Source of the DNA: an uncultured Clostridia bacterium
GTDB lineage: Bacteria > Bacillota > Clostridia > TANB77 > CAG-508
Direction of reading: 5' to 3'
Assembly: GCA_944388665.1 (NCBI GenBank)
Contig: CALXJQ010000001.1
Coordinates: 1-54,346, forward strand
Length of the DNA stretch: 54,346 bases
How positions within the stretch are numbered: position 1 is the stretch's first letter; each line of letters begins with the position of its first letter. Made by a program: the position numbers and the translations under genes. The notes under the pieces are model-generated. The model did no database searches, was not told the origin of the DNA, and was given only the letters and a program-made list of their open reading frames with translations. This document shows positions 1-9,547 of this stretch, one piece after another.

Positions 1-18
1 GAACGTCCCCAAAGTTCA
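1..18 (-). repeat. Partial copy (cut by the window edge) of the 29-bp palindromic repeat TGAACTTTRGGGACGTTCCTTAAAGTTCA, reverse orientation
   Basis: gaacgtccccaaagttca matches the copy at 21789-21806. Its TCA at 16-18 is the TGA stop of the minus-strand peptidase gene. Confidence 0.8.
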
Positions 19-697
19 ATTAATAGTTGTGTTAGTAGGACCTGTGCCTACAACATCTTCTTGTAGAGCCCTCCAAGTGTTGCATCCAACAATTCCGTCT
101 GCTGAGAGACCTCGAGATCTTTGATAATTAATTACAGCGGTTTGAGTAGCTGAACCAAATATTCCGGTCTAATCCACCAGTTCTATATCCAAGTGTATTT
201 AGGTCATCTTGTGCAATTAGCACATAATTGCTTACACTTCCTCTTCTAATTGTTGGATAGCCTCCTGTAGAGCAAGCTGGAGATCCAAATCTTTTGTCAA
301 AATGAACCCATGTTGGTGTTAATGAAATAGGTTCTACATAATACCATACCCCAGAGTTATTAGCAGAATTCCATAATCTTCTTCTTTCACTAGAAGATAA
401 ACGTTGACCTACATCAAATGCAGTGCCTGCATAATGTTGACTTTGATTTCCATGGCCACCTTCATAAGGCCTCTTAAAAGCAAATCCAACCGGAATTGGA
501 GAACCAAAAATGTATCTTTGGCTATTCCAACTTTGCATCGTTCGTTTAGTTGTCCATAAGATATTACTTTTACTTGACCCTCTAAATTCTCTAACTTTTA
601 AAGTACTGTTTGTATTGTATGGCATTGGTTCTGCCTCGCCTCTATAGTAACTTTCCATTCTATCTGTATCATTATTGAACACTATTATTTTTGCCAT
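16..697 (-). CDS. M15-family zinc D-Ala-D-Ala carboxypeptidase-like protein with a C-terminal PG_binding_1 domain. The reading frame is interrupted at the CGG codon 164-166 and needs a +1 shift.
   Basis: ORF 128..697 carries the M15 motifs HYAGTAFD and WVHFD. It ends with YVLIAQDDLNTLGYRTGGLD followed by out-of-frame residues. Skipping the C at 166 gives DGIFGSATQTAVINYQRSRGLSADGIVGCNTWRAL, a textbook PG_binding_1 domain, and runs to the TGA at 18..16. Confidence 0.8.
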
Positions 698-774
698 GAC
701 ATCCTCCTAAAAATTAAGTTTTACTTTATTCTATGAAATTTAGGAGAAAATTGTGCTAAAATGAAAGTTTTATA

Positions 775-1158
775 TTAGGCATTTTTTTCACAGTCATTTT
801 CATTTTGAATTTTAACTAAATCGTTAGCTAAGGATTTTATTATAGCTTTATTGTACTTATTTAGTTTCATATAATTTTCTAAAAATTTATCATCTTCAAT
901 TTCTAATAACAGAGGCTTTTCATTTTGAATTAAGTCATTAAATAGAAAGTCTGAGTCAATATTTAAAGTTTTGCAAAGATTAATGATTGTTGTGGCACTG
1001 CCAAAAGCTATACCACGTTCTAGTTGGCTTATATAACGTGGAGATAGAGATAGCTTTTCTGCTAATTGCTCTTGTGTATATGAGGCTTTAGTTCTAGCTA
1101 ATTTGATTTTTTTACCTATGTTTTTTCTTAATAACTTTTCATGATTATTCATATACAA
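775..1158 (-). CDS. XRE-family helix-turn-helix transcriptional regulator
   Basis: HTH_3 signature YTQEQLAEKLSLSPRYISQLERG. RBS AGGAGG upstream. Confidence 0.85.
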   Translation of the reverse strand: MYMNNHEKLLRKNIGKKIKLARTKASYTQEQLAEKLSLSPRYISQLERGIAFGSATTIINLCKTLNIDSDFLFNDLIQNEKPLLLEIEDDKFLENYMKLNKYNKAIIKSLANDLVKIQNENDCEKNA

Positions 1159-1349
1159 AACCTCCTTATTATAGATATAAGAAGTATAACAAGTAAAAAA
1201 TAAAAAAAGAACGAACTAATAATAGGGGAAATGCATAAAAACTGATACTAATAGTTCTAACAAAAAAGAACATGAAAGCTTTTTATAAACTTTACATGTT
1301 CTAAATTTTATAAAAATTGCTAAAATAAGTACAAACTTAGCAAAATTGA

Positions 1350-1562
1350 TTAATTATCTTGCTTATCTTCATCATGACTTTCTTTATCATCTTTACTTTT
1401 TTTATGCTCTTTAGGGATAATGATGTTCGTAGGCCTATCATCAGCTGGTTGAGGTTTGGCATTTTGTAAATGCTCATAAACTGGTGAGATATCAAGGTTT
1501 GAACCATCGCCTTTAACAATTTCTAACTTCTTTTCTTTTTTTATCTCATTTTCATCTTCCAT
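1350..1562 (-). CDS. Small acidic/lysine-rich hypothetical protein (70 aa)
   Basis: Internal ATG at 1562 preceded by GGAGGT. The longer ORF track model (to 1703) lacks an RBS and overlaps the scpB promoter region. Confidence 0.45.
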   Translation of the reverse strand: MEDENEIKKEKKLEIVKGDGSNLDISPVYEHLQNAKPQPADDRPTNIIIPKEHKKSKDDKESHDEDKQDN

Positions 1563-1706
1563 ATTAATACCTCCATAATTAAAACTATAAAAATATCTTA
1601 CCATATTCTTATTCTGAGCGCAAGAAATTTGGAAAAATATTGACATATTAAGGTTTTTCTGCAATAATATATACTGTAAATGTAAATGGAGGGAATAAAG
1701 CATTAA

Positions 1707-2294
1707 ATGGAAATAGATAAAATAAAAGCAATAATAGAAGCAATACTTTTTGCTTCCGGAAAAGAGGTTTCTAAAAAAGAATTGTCTTTAAATTTAGAGA
1801 TTAATGATGATGAGCTAGAAAAAATCATTTCGAGTATGCAAGAAGACTATAAGGCTAAAAATAGGGGAATAGAACTTATAAAAGTTGATGATAAATATCA
1901 ATTGTGCACTAAAAAAGACTTATATGAATATATTTATCCAGTTTTAGACAAAAGAGTGAAACCAAATTTGTCAAATGCAGCATTAGAAACTTTGGCAATT
2001 ATTGCATATAACCCAAGAATAACAAGGGCAGAAATTGAAGCAATAAGAGGTGTTTCAGCAGACGCTTGTGTATATAAATTGTTAGAATTTGGTTTGATAG
2101 AAGAAGCGGGAAAAACTGACTTGCCGGGTAAGCCAATGGCCTATAAAATAACAAACGAATTTTTAAAGATGTTTGGCTATTCTTCACTAAATGATTTGCC
2201 AGAATTACCAAAATATAAATTAGATAGTAATAGGCAAATAGTGATAGACGAACTTGTTGAAGAAAATAATAATCAAGGAAAAGAGGAAAAATAA
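1707..2294 (+). CDS. scpB: Segregation and condensation protein B
   Basis: IEAILFASGKEVS and ALETLAIIAYNPRITRAEIEAIRGV are typical ScpB winged-helix motifs. GGAGGG RBS. Confidence 0.9.
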   Translation: MEIDKIKAIIEAILFASGKEVSKKELSLNLEINDDELEKIISSMQEDYKAKNRGIELIKVDDKYQLCTKKDLYEYIYPVLDKRVKPNLSNAALETLAIIAYNPRITRAEIEAIRGVSADACVYKLLEFGLIEEAGKTDLPGKPMAYKITNEFLKMFGYSSLNDLPELPKYKLDSNRQIVIDELVEENNNQGKEEK

Positions 2295-3574
2295 TGAAAT
2301 TATCACAAACAGGCATGGGAACGATAAAATTAAATAATATAGATATGATGTATCCAGGACAAAGCATCTTATTGCAAACAGGACAAATAGTGCAATACGG
2401 TGCAGGCATATATGGTTACAACACAGTACCATTATTGGTTAGAAGAAATATAGAAGAAATAATAAGAAAAACTTTAAATAGGCATGGTTGCATTGAGGTA
2501 CTTCTGCCAACATTACAGCCAGATATAATATGGAAAAACTCTGGAAGATATGACCAATATGTAAATGATGGCACAATGCTAATTACTAAATCTAATAAAG
2601 GAACATTTTGCTTAGCGCCAACGGGGGAAGAGGCAATGCTAGAATTCGCTAGGGAAAAATTAAAATCATATAAAAATTTACCTGTGGTATATTATCAAAT
2701 AGGCGAAAAATTTAGAAATGAAATTAGAACAAGAGGATATTTGCTAAGAGGAAAGGCATTTCCAATGTTGGATGTGTATACTTTTGATACAACTCCAGAA
2801 AAAATGGTTGAAGCGTATAACAATGTTAGAGATGCATTTTTAGAGATATTTAAAGAAATAGGCTTAGATGTAATTCCTATTGTGGCTGACAATGGCGCAA
2901 TGGGTGGGAAAAAATCTGAAGAATTTATGCTTATCTCAGACCAAGGAGAAGATAAAATACTTTATGATGAAAAAACTAAAATTGGATTAAATACAGAGGT
3001 ATTAGAAAAAGAAAATTATCAAGAGTATCTAAGTGAAGAATATGGCATAGAAAATATATCAAACTTTAAAGAAATTAGAACAATGGAATTGGGACATATT
3101 TTCCAACTTGGTACGAGATATTCAGAAATGATGAATGGAAAGTTCATAGATAAAGATGGAAAAGAAAGCCTATATTACATGGGATGCTATGGCATAGGTG
3201 TAAGCAGAACACTTGCAGCATTATATGAGCAGTGCCTAATAAATGATCCAAAATATGGACCTTGTGGCTTTGTTTTGCCAGAGTCAGTGGCACCTTATAA
3301 AATACAAATTATTGCAAAAACAGATGATGCAGAAAAATTTGAAAAGGCAAAAAAATTATATGAAACACTTCAAGCAAATAATGTAGGAGTAATATTAGAT
3401 GATAGAGACAAATTAAGCATTGGCGCAAAAATAAAAGATTGTAAAATTTTAGGCACACCATACTTTATAGTTGTTGGAGACAAACAAGAAGGAGATAACT
3501 ATGAAGTAGAAAGCTTAAAAACTGGCGAAAAAACAGTAATGAATATAGAACAAATAATAAAATGGTCACTTTAA
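2294..3574 (+). CDS. Class II aminoacyl-tRNA synthetase, bacterial ProRS-like but lacking the INS editing domain (426 aa)
   Basis: Motif 2-like YYQIGEKFRNEIRTRGYLLRGKAFPMLDVYTF and motif 3-like GCYGIGVSRTLAALYEQ, plus an HGTP-type anticodon-binding C-terminus. The start overlaps the scpB stop (TAATG). Confidence 0.7.
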   Translation: MKLSQTGMGTIKLNNIDMMYPGQSILLQTGQIVQYGAGIYGYNTVPLLVRRNIEEIIRKTLNRHGCIEVLLPTLQPDIIWKNSGRYDQYVNDGTMLITKSNKGTFCLAPTGEEAMLEFAREKLKSYKNLPVVYYQIGEKFRNEIRTRGYLLRGKAFPMLDVYTFDTTPEKMVEAYNNVRDAFLEIFKEIGLDVIPIVADNGAMGGKKSEEFMLISDQGEDKILYDEKTKIGLNTEVLEKENYQEYLSEEYGIENISNFKEIRTMELGHIFQLGTRYSEMMNGKFIDKDGKESLYYMGCYGIGVSRTLAALYEQCLINDPKYGPCGFVLPESVAPYKIQIIAKTDDAEKFEKAKKLYETLQANNVGVILDDRDKLSIGAKIKDCKILGTPYFIVVGDKQEGDNYEVESLKTGEKTVMNIEQIIKWSL

Positions 3575-3600
3575 AATATATCTAAAGTGGCTATTTTTTT
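3565..3600 (+). terminator. Rho-independent terminator after the ProRS-like gene
   Basis: Stem tcacttta/taaagtgg followed by ctattttttt. Confidence 0.6.
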
Positions 3601-3757
3601 CACACAAAAAACACATTGAAAATATTTTTTGGAAACAATTTATTATTAGAATAAGCATATACTAAATATAGAAAAAATGCATTCTACAAATAAAAGAAAA
3701 AGCTAAAGTTGGAACATATTCGGCTTTAACTAAAAAGAGGAAGGAGTAGATGTAGAA

Positions 3758-4447
3758 ATGAAAAATAGGGAAAAAAGTAAAAATAAAAAAAAGAATGATG
3801 AGAGTTATGAATTGGTAAAAATCGAAAAATTTTTGGATTGTAATAAAAAAGTAGAAAAAGAAGATGCAACATTCAAAAAATTAATGTTTATTTATTCAAT
3901 TGCAATAAGAGAATTAGACACAAAAATAGGAATACTAAAAGATGAATTTCAACTATTTCACAACTATGATTTAATAGATCATGTAAATAGTAGATTAAAA
4001 ACTCCAGACAGTATAATGAACAAAATGAAGAAAAAAGACTTACAACTTACATATAAATCAATGATAGAAAATATTAATGATATTGCAGGAATACGAGTAA
4101 TATGCCCATTAAAAAAGGATGTATATACCATAAAAGACTCCGTAGAAAAATTTCCAGGAATCCAAGTATTAAAAGAAAAAGATTACTTAGCTAAACCCAA
4201 AAAAAGTGGTTATTCTAGTTATCACTTAATAGTAGAAACACCAGTTCCACTGTCACAAAATGTAGCTTACGTGAAGGTAGAAATACAAATAAGAACAATG
4301 GCAATGGACTTCTGGGCTAGTTTAGAGCACAAAATGAAATATAAGCCAGATGGAGTAATTGACAAAAAAAATTCTAAAGAATGGGTAAATTGTGCAAAAG
4401 TTGTAAATAAATTAGATAATAAAATGATGTTATTAAATGAACTTTAG
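3758..4447 (+). CDS. Small alarmone synthetase (RelP/RelQ-type GTP pyrophosphokinase)
   Basis: RelA_SpoT synthetase motifs IAGIRVICPL, GYSSYHLIV and VEIQIRTMAMDFWASLEHKMKYK. It is single-domain size. Confidence 0.9.
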   Translation: MKNREKSKNKKKNDESYELVKIEKFLDCNKKVEKEDATFKKLMFIYSIAIRELDTKIGILKDEFQLFHNYDLIDHVNSRLKTPDSIMNKMKKKDLQLTYKSMIENINDIAGIRVICPLKKDVYTIKDSVEKFPGIQVLKEKDYLAKPKKSGYSSYHLIVETPVPLSQNVAYVKVEIQIRTMAMDFWASLEHKMKYKPDGVIDKKNSKEWVNCAKVVNKLDNKMMLLNEL

Positions 4448-4466
4448 GGACGTTCCTTAAAGTTCA
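4438..4466 (+). repeat. 29-bp palindromic repeat TGAACTTTAGGGACGTTCCTTAAAGTTCA, with a T-run after it
   Basis: One of six copies in the window. It overlaps the last codons and the TAG stop (4445-4447) of the alarmone synthetase gene. It is followed by ttttt, so it is terminator-like. Confidence 0.85.
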
Positions 4467-4567
4467 TTTTTAAAAAGAGGATAAAAAAGAAGGATTTATG
4501 TAAAATACGTCGAATATTATAATTATGTATATCAAGTTGGAATATTTTGAAAGAAAGTGGAGGAAAA

Positions 4568-6355
4568 ATGGCAAGGTATAGTGAGGAAATTATTGACGAA
4601 GTAAGGCAATCGAATGACATTGTAGATGTAATTTCGCAATATGTTCATTTAAAAAGAAGTGGAAGAAATTATTTTGGACTATGCCCATTTCATAATGAAA
4701 AATCACCGTCATTTTCTGTATCACCAGACAAGCAGATATTCCATTGCTTTGGATGTGGTGTTGGTGGCAATGTATTTACGTTTTTGATGAAAATAGAAGG
4801 TATTGGTTTTGTAGAAGCTGTGCAAATGCTAGCTGAAAGGGCCAATATTCAACTACCTACATTAGAAAATAGAGAAGATGCGGCTAAAGAGGCATTAAAA
4901 TCCAAAGTATATAAAGTTAATGAATTTACAGCAGAGTATTATCATCAAAACTTGTACAAGCCTACGTCTAAAATGGCGCAAGAGTATGTAAAAAAAAGAA
5001 AATTAAGTAATGATACATTAAAATCTTTTAGAATAGGTTTTTCTGGAAAATTTGATGAATTATATAAAGAATTGAAAAAGCAAGGATTTGGAAATCAAGA
5101 AATATTAGAATCTGGACTAGTAAACAAAAACGATAGAGGAGAGTATATAGATAGATATAGAAACAGACTAATGTTTCCAATTTGTGATGCGCGAGGAAGA
5201 GTAATTGCATTTGGAGGCAGAGTATTAGATGACTCTAAGCCAAAGTACATAAATTCTCCAGAAAATATTGTATATAGTAAAGGTAGGCACTTATTTGGGC
5301 TAAACGTGGCAAAAAAAAGTAATGAAATAAAGAAACGAATTTTGATAGTGGAAGGATATATGGACGTTATTTCTTTACATCAACGAGGTATTACTAATGT
5401 AGTTGCGCCACTTGGAACAGCCTTAACTCAAGCGCAGGGATGGTTACTTAGAAGAAATTCAGAGCAGGTTGTATTAAGTTTTGACTCTGACGAAGCAGGT
5501 CTTAAAGCAAAAATAAGAGCAATGGATATACTACAAGATATGGGGTGCGATGTACGTGTATTGCAGATGGAAGGCGCAAAAGATCCAGACGAATATATTA
5601 TTAAATATGGTAACGCTCGATTTAATGTACTAGTGGAAAATGCACTTTCTGTAATAGAGTTTAAAGTTAAGCTTTTAAAGCAAGATTTAAACTTAGAAAA
5701 CACAAGTGATAAAATAAAATTTTTAAATGAAATTGCAAAAATCATAGCAAAAGTCGACAATACCATAGAAAGGGAAGTGTATATTGAAAAAATAGCTAAA
5801 CAGTATGATATCTCAAAAGAGGCTATTTATGCAGAAGTTAATAAACTTACTTATGCAAATTCATCAGGAGAGAAAATTCTTGAAAGGCCAAGGCCTGTTG
5901 TTGTGCATAAGCCAGTTTCTGAAGTAAAAGTCTCAGAAGCTACAAAAAGACGAGAAAATACAATAATATCAATTTTATTGATGGGTGATTTAAATATATA
6001 TAAAATAATAAAACAAAATATAAGCGTAGAAAATTTAAAAGACCCAATTAATAAAGAAATTATTCAAAAATTGTATGAGGAATTTGAGAATGGAAATAGT
6101 AATATAAACAGTATAATTGACTCTTTAAGTGAGGAAGCACAGAGCCGTATTACTGAAATTATGGCAGAAGATTATGAAATTGACAATGTAGAAAAGGCTA
6201 TAGATGATATTTTGCAGAACTATGAAAGAGAAAGCTTAAATGAGAGAAAAATAGAAATATTAAATTTATTAAGTATGAATTTAGAAAATGAGCAAAAAAT
6301 GTCATTAGAAAAAGAATTAAATGACATTATTGTTAGGTTAGCTAAAATAAAATAA
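4568..6355 (+). CDS. dnaG: DNA primase
   Basis: Zinc-finger CPFHNEKSPSFSV..FHCFGCG and Toprim EGYMDVISL. ATG at 4568 follows GGAGGA. Confidence 0.95.
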   Translation: MARYSEEIIDEVRQSNDIVDVISQYVHLKRSGRNYFGLCPFHNEKSPSFSVSPDKQIFHCFGCGVGGNVFTFLMKIEGIGFVEAVQMLAERANIQLPTLENREDAAKEALKSKVYKVNEFTAEYYHQNLYKPTSKMAQEYVKKRKLSNDTLKSFRIGFSGKFDELYKELKKQGFGNQEILESGLVNKNDRGEYIDRYRNRLMFPICDARGRVIAFGGRVLDDSKPKYINSPENIVYSKGRHLFGLNVAKKSNEIKKRILIVEGYMDVISLHQRGITNVVAPLGTALTQAQGWLLRRNSEQVVLSFDSDEAGLKAKIRAMDILQDMGCDVRVLQMEGAKDPDEYIIKYGNARFNVLVENALSVIEFKVKLLKQDLNLENTSDKIKFLNEIAKIIAKVDNTIEREVYIEKIAKQYDISKEAIYAEVNKLTYANSSGEKILERPRPVVVHKPVSEVKVSEATKRRENTIISILLMGDLNIYKIIKQNISVENLKDPINKEIIQKLYEEFENGNSNINSIIDSLSEEAQSRITEIMAEDYEIDNVEKAIDDILQNYERESLNERKIEILNLLSMNLENEQKMSLEKELNDIIVRLAKIK

Positions 6356-6380
6356 GTTTATGGGGAAAGGGTGATAGTAA

Positions 6381-7694
6381 ATGGCAGAACAAAAAGAAAA
6401 AAAGAAAACTGATACAAAGATAAAAAAGGCTAAGGAAGAAAAGGAAAAACAAGTTGCTAGTACGAAAGCCAATACTAGTGAAAAGACAAAGTCAGATAAA
6501 GAAAATAAAGATGAACAAAGAATAGAAAAAATGGAAGCTGCAAGAAAGCAAACAAAGAAAAAGGCTGTAGAAAAAATTAAGGAAGAAGAAGAACAAAAGG
6601 ACTTGACTGAAGATACAATTAAAGATGAGAAAGTTAGTAAAATATTAAAAAAGGCTAAAGAAAAAGGAAAAATTACTTATGGGGATTTAGCTAGCGAATT
6701 AGATGATGTTAATCCAGATCAAATAGATAAGGTGTTTGATGCATTCGAAGAGTTAGGTGTAAATTTATTAAATGATGATTTAGATGAAGAGCCAGATTTA
6801 GAAGATTTAAAGGAAGTAGAAAATCTTAACTTAGATGATATCTCTGATAATGATTATGAGGGTATTAATGTTGATGACCCTGTAAGAATGTATTTAAGAG
6901 AGATAGGAAGAATTCCTCTTTTAACCTCAGAGCAAGAGCTAGATTTGGCAAAAAGAATATTAAAAGGTGATGAAGAAGCTAAGCAAAAGTTGGCAGAGTC
7001 AAACTTAAGGTTAGTTGTTAGTATTGCCAAAAAATATGTTGGTAGAGGTATGCTATTTTTAGACTTAATACAAGAGGGAAATATGGGGCTAATTAAAGCA
7101 GTAGAAAAATTTGACTATACAAAGGGATTTAAATTTAGTACTTATGCTACATGGTGGATTAGGCAAGCTATTACTAGGGCAATTGCAGATCAAGCAAGAA
7201 CAATCAGAATTCCAGTGCACATGGTAGAAACAATAAATAAATTAATAAGAACTTCAAGACATTTATTACAACAACTAGGAAGAGAGCCTACCCCAGAAGA
7301 GATTGCAAAAGAGATGGAAATTCCAGTAGAAAAAGTAATGGAAATACAAAAAATAGCACAAGATCCAGTATCATTAGAAACTCCTATAGGAGAAGAGGAT
7401 GATAGTCATTTAGGCGATTTTATACAAGATGATGAAAGCCCAGCACCTCAAGATTCTGCTGCATACACAATGCTAAAAGAACAACTAGAAGAAGTAATGT
7501 CTACATTAACACCAAGAGAGGCAAAAGTATTAAAGCTAAGGTTTGGGCTTGAAGATGGAAAAGCTAGAACTCTTGAAGAAGTAGGCAAAGAATTTAATGT
7601 TACAAGGGAGAGAATAAGACAAATAGAAGCAAAAGCTTTAAGAAAACTAAGACATCCTAGTAGAAGCAAAAAATTAAGAGATTACATGAATTAA
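6381..7694 (+). CDS. rpoD: Primary RNA polymerase sigma factor (sigma-70/SigA) with a K/E-rich N-terminal extension
   Basis: Region 2 [27 protein letters not shown] and region 4 [30 protein letters not shown]. It sits downstream of dnaG, as in the classical operon. Confidence 0.95.
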   Translation: MAEQKEKKKTDTKIKKAKEEKEKQVASTKANTSEKTKSDKENKDEQRIEKMEAARKQTKKKAVEKIKEEEEQKDLTEDTIKDEKVSKILKKAKEKGKITYGDLASELDDVNPDQIDKVFDAFEELGVNLLNDDLDEEPDLEDLKEVENLNLDDISDNDYEGINVDDPVRMYLREIGRIPLLTSEQELDLAKRILKGDEEAKQKLAESNLRLVVSIAKKYVGRGMLFLDLIQEGNMGLIKAVEKFDYTKGFKFSTYATWWIRQAITRAIADQARTIRIPVHMVETINKLIRTSRHLLQQLGREPTPEEIAKEMEIPVEKVMEIQKIAQDPVSLETPIGEEDDSHLGDFIQDDESPAPQDSAAYTMLKEQLEEVMSTLTPREAKVLKLRFGLEDGKARTLEEVGKEFNVTRERIRQIEAKALRKLRHPSRSKKLRDYMN

Positions 7695-7726
7695 TATAAA
7701 AATAGCAGGAGGTAATGTGATAAAAA

Positions 7727-8803
7727 ATGGAACAAATAAAAGCTTTTTTTGATAATATTACTGCCGTAGAGATTATAGATATATGGATAGCTGTAGCTAT
7801 AATTCTATTTTTTAGAATTTTTAGTTCAGGTATTTCTTATGCTATCGTAAAAGCATTTAAATTTAAAGAATCACCAAAAAAGATAAAAGAAAGTGCTTTC
7901 TATAAGCCACTAAGACTATTCTTTATAGTCTTAGGTTTTTATTTAGCAATATTGTTTTTAAAACAACCACTCAACATTTCACAAGGAGTATGGAATATAG
8001 TAACATTAGCCTTCAAGATAATAGTTGTAATTGTTTTTGCAAGAGGACTAGCACAAAGCTTTAGGCCAGAAAGCTCTTTAGTAAAAAGAGTAGAACATAG
8101 AATAGAAAAAAAGCAAAAGAAAGTGGATGATAATGCATTTTCTTTCCTTTTAAAAATAGTAAGAGTAGCAATTTATCTTGTAGCAGCATTTATAGTACTT
8201 TCTTTACTTGGTATTAACTTAAATGGACTAATAGCAGGAATAGGTTTAGGTGGCGTTATTGTGACATTAGCAGCCCAAGATACTGCTAAAAATCTTTTTG
8301 GTGGATTAGTAATTTTTATAGATAGACCTTTCATAGTTGGAGATTGGATTCAAACAGGTAATTATGAGGGAACTGTTGAAGACATAACATTTAGAACTAC
8401 AAGGATAAGAACATTTGAAAATTCATTAGTAAATGTTCCTAATTCAGTAATGTCAGAATCTTCTATAATAAACTGGAGCAAGATGGAAAAAAGAAGATAT
8501 CGCACAAATATTTGCTTAGAAATTGATACTCCAATGGAAAAGGTACAAAAATTCGAAAAAAGGGTAGAAGAAATGCTAGCAAAAAGAGAAACCATAAATG
8601 ATGATTTTATAGAAGTAAAATTAGATGCAATTACAAGCAATGGACTTGACATTTTAATTTATGCATATACAGATTCAATTAATTATGAAAGCTATTTGGC
8701 AGAATGTGAAGATATAAATTGCAAAATAATGAAAATTTTAAAAGAAGAAAATATAGAATTAGCCTACGATACAAAAAGTGTTTATTTAAAGAACACAAAA
8801 TAG
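7727..8803 (+). CDS. Mechanosensitive ion channel family protein (MscS-like)
   Basis: TM helices plus the MscS core AAQDTAKNLFGGLVIFIDRPFIVGDWI..GTVEDITFRTTRIRTFENSLVNVPNS. Confidence 0.9.
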   Translation: MEQIKAFFDNITAVEIIDIWIAVAIILFFRIFSSGISYAIVKAFKFKESPKKIKESAFYKPLRLFFIVLGFYLAILFLKQPLNISQGVWNIVTLAFKIIVVIVFARGLAQSFRPESSLVKRVEHRIEKKQKKVDDNAFSFLLKIVRVAIYLVAAFIVLSLLGINLNGLIAGIGLGGVIVTLAAQDTAKNLFGGLVIFIDRPFIVGDWIQTGNYEGTVEDITFRTTRIRTFENSLVNVPNSVMSESSIINWSKMEKRRYRTNICLEIDTPMEKVQKFEKRVEEMLAKRETINDDFIEVKLDAITSNGLDILIYAYTDSINYESYLAECEDINCKIMKILKEENIELAYDTKSVYLKNTK

Positions 8804-8850
8804 ACATAAAGATTTGTTATAATATACAAAAAAGAAAAGAGATGAAAAGA

Positions 8851-9528
8851 ATGGTTAATGATTATATTTTAGTTGTAGATGATGAGCAAAGAATGAGAAA
8901 ATTAATAAAAGATTTCTTAGTTGCAAAAGGATATAGCATATTAGAAGCTGCAGATGGAGAAGAAGCATTAAAAGTTTTTGAAGAAAACAAAAACCATATT
9001 GTACTTATCTTACTTGATGTAATGATGCCTAAGTTAGACGGTTGGTCTGTACTTAGGCAAATTCGCCAAACATCTAAAGTTCCAATTATTATGCTAACAG
9101 CAAGAGGAGAAGAACAAGATGAATTATTTGGCTTTGAATTGGGAGTTGACGAATATATTTCAAAACCATTTAGTCCAAAAATTTTGGTAGCAAGAGTAGA
9201 AGCAATATTAAAAAGAACACAAAATGCTTCAAATGAAGTGAAAGACTACGGTGGAATTGAGGTAGATAGAGAAGGTAGAACAGTAAAAGTAGATGGAAAG
9301 CCGATAGAACTTAGCCTAAGAGAATACGAATTATTAGTTTATTTGCTAAATAATGAAAATATTGCGCTATCACGTGATAAAATTTTGAATAATGTATGGA
9401 ATTATGATTATTATGGAGATTCAAGGACTATAGATAGTCATATAAAGAAAATTAGACACAAACTTGGCAAAAAAGGAAAATATATAAAAACAATGAGAGG
9501 AGTAGGGTATAAATTTGAAGTAAAATAA
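8851..9528 (+). CDS. OmpR-family response regulator
   Basis: Receiver domain ILVVDDE..LLDVMMPKLDG and a winged-helix Trans_reg_C domain (RTIDSHIKKIRHKL..MRGVGYKF). The start was chosen at the ATG just upstream of the receiver domain. Confidence 0.9.
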   Translation: MVNDYILVVDDEQRMRKLIKDFLVAKGYSILEAADGEEALKVFEENKNHIVLILLDVMMPKLDGWSVLRQIRQTSKVPIIMLTARGEEQDELFGFELGVDEYISKPFSPKILVARVEAILKRTQNASNEVKDYGGIEVDREGRTVKVDGKPIELSLREYELLVYLLNNENIALSRDKILNNVWNYDYYGDSRTIDSHIKKIRHKLGKKGKYIKTMRGVGYKFEVK

Positions 9529-9547
9529 AAAGAAAGGGACGATATTG

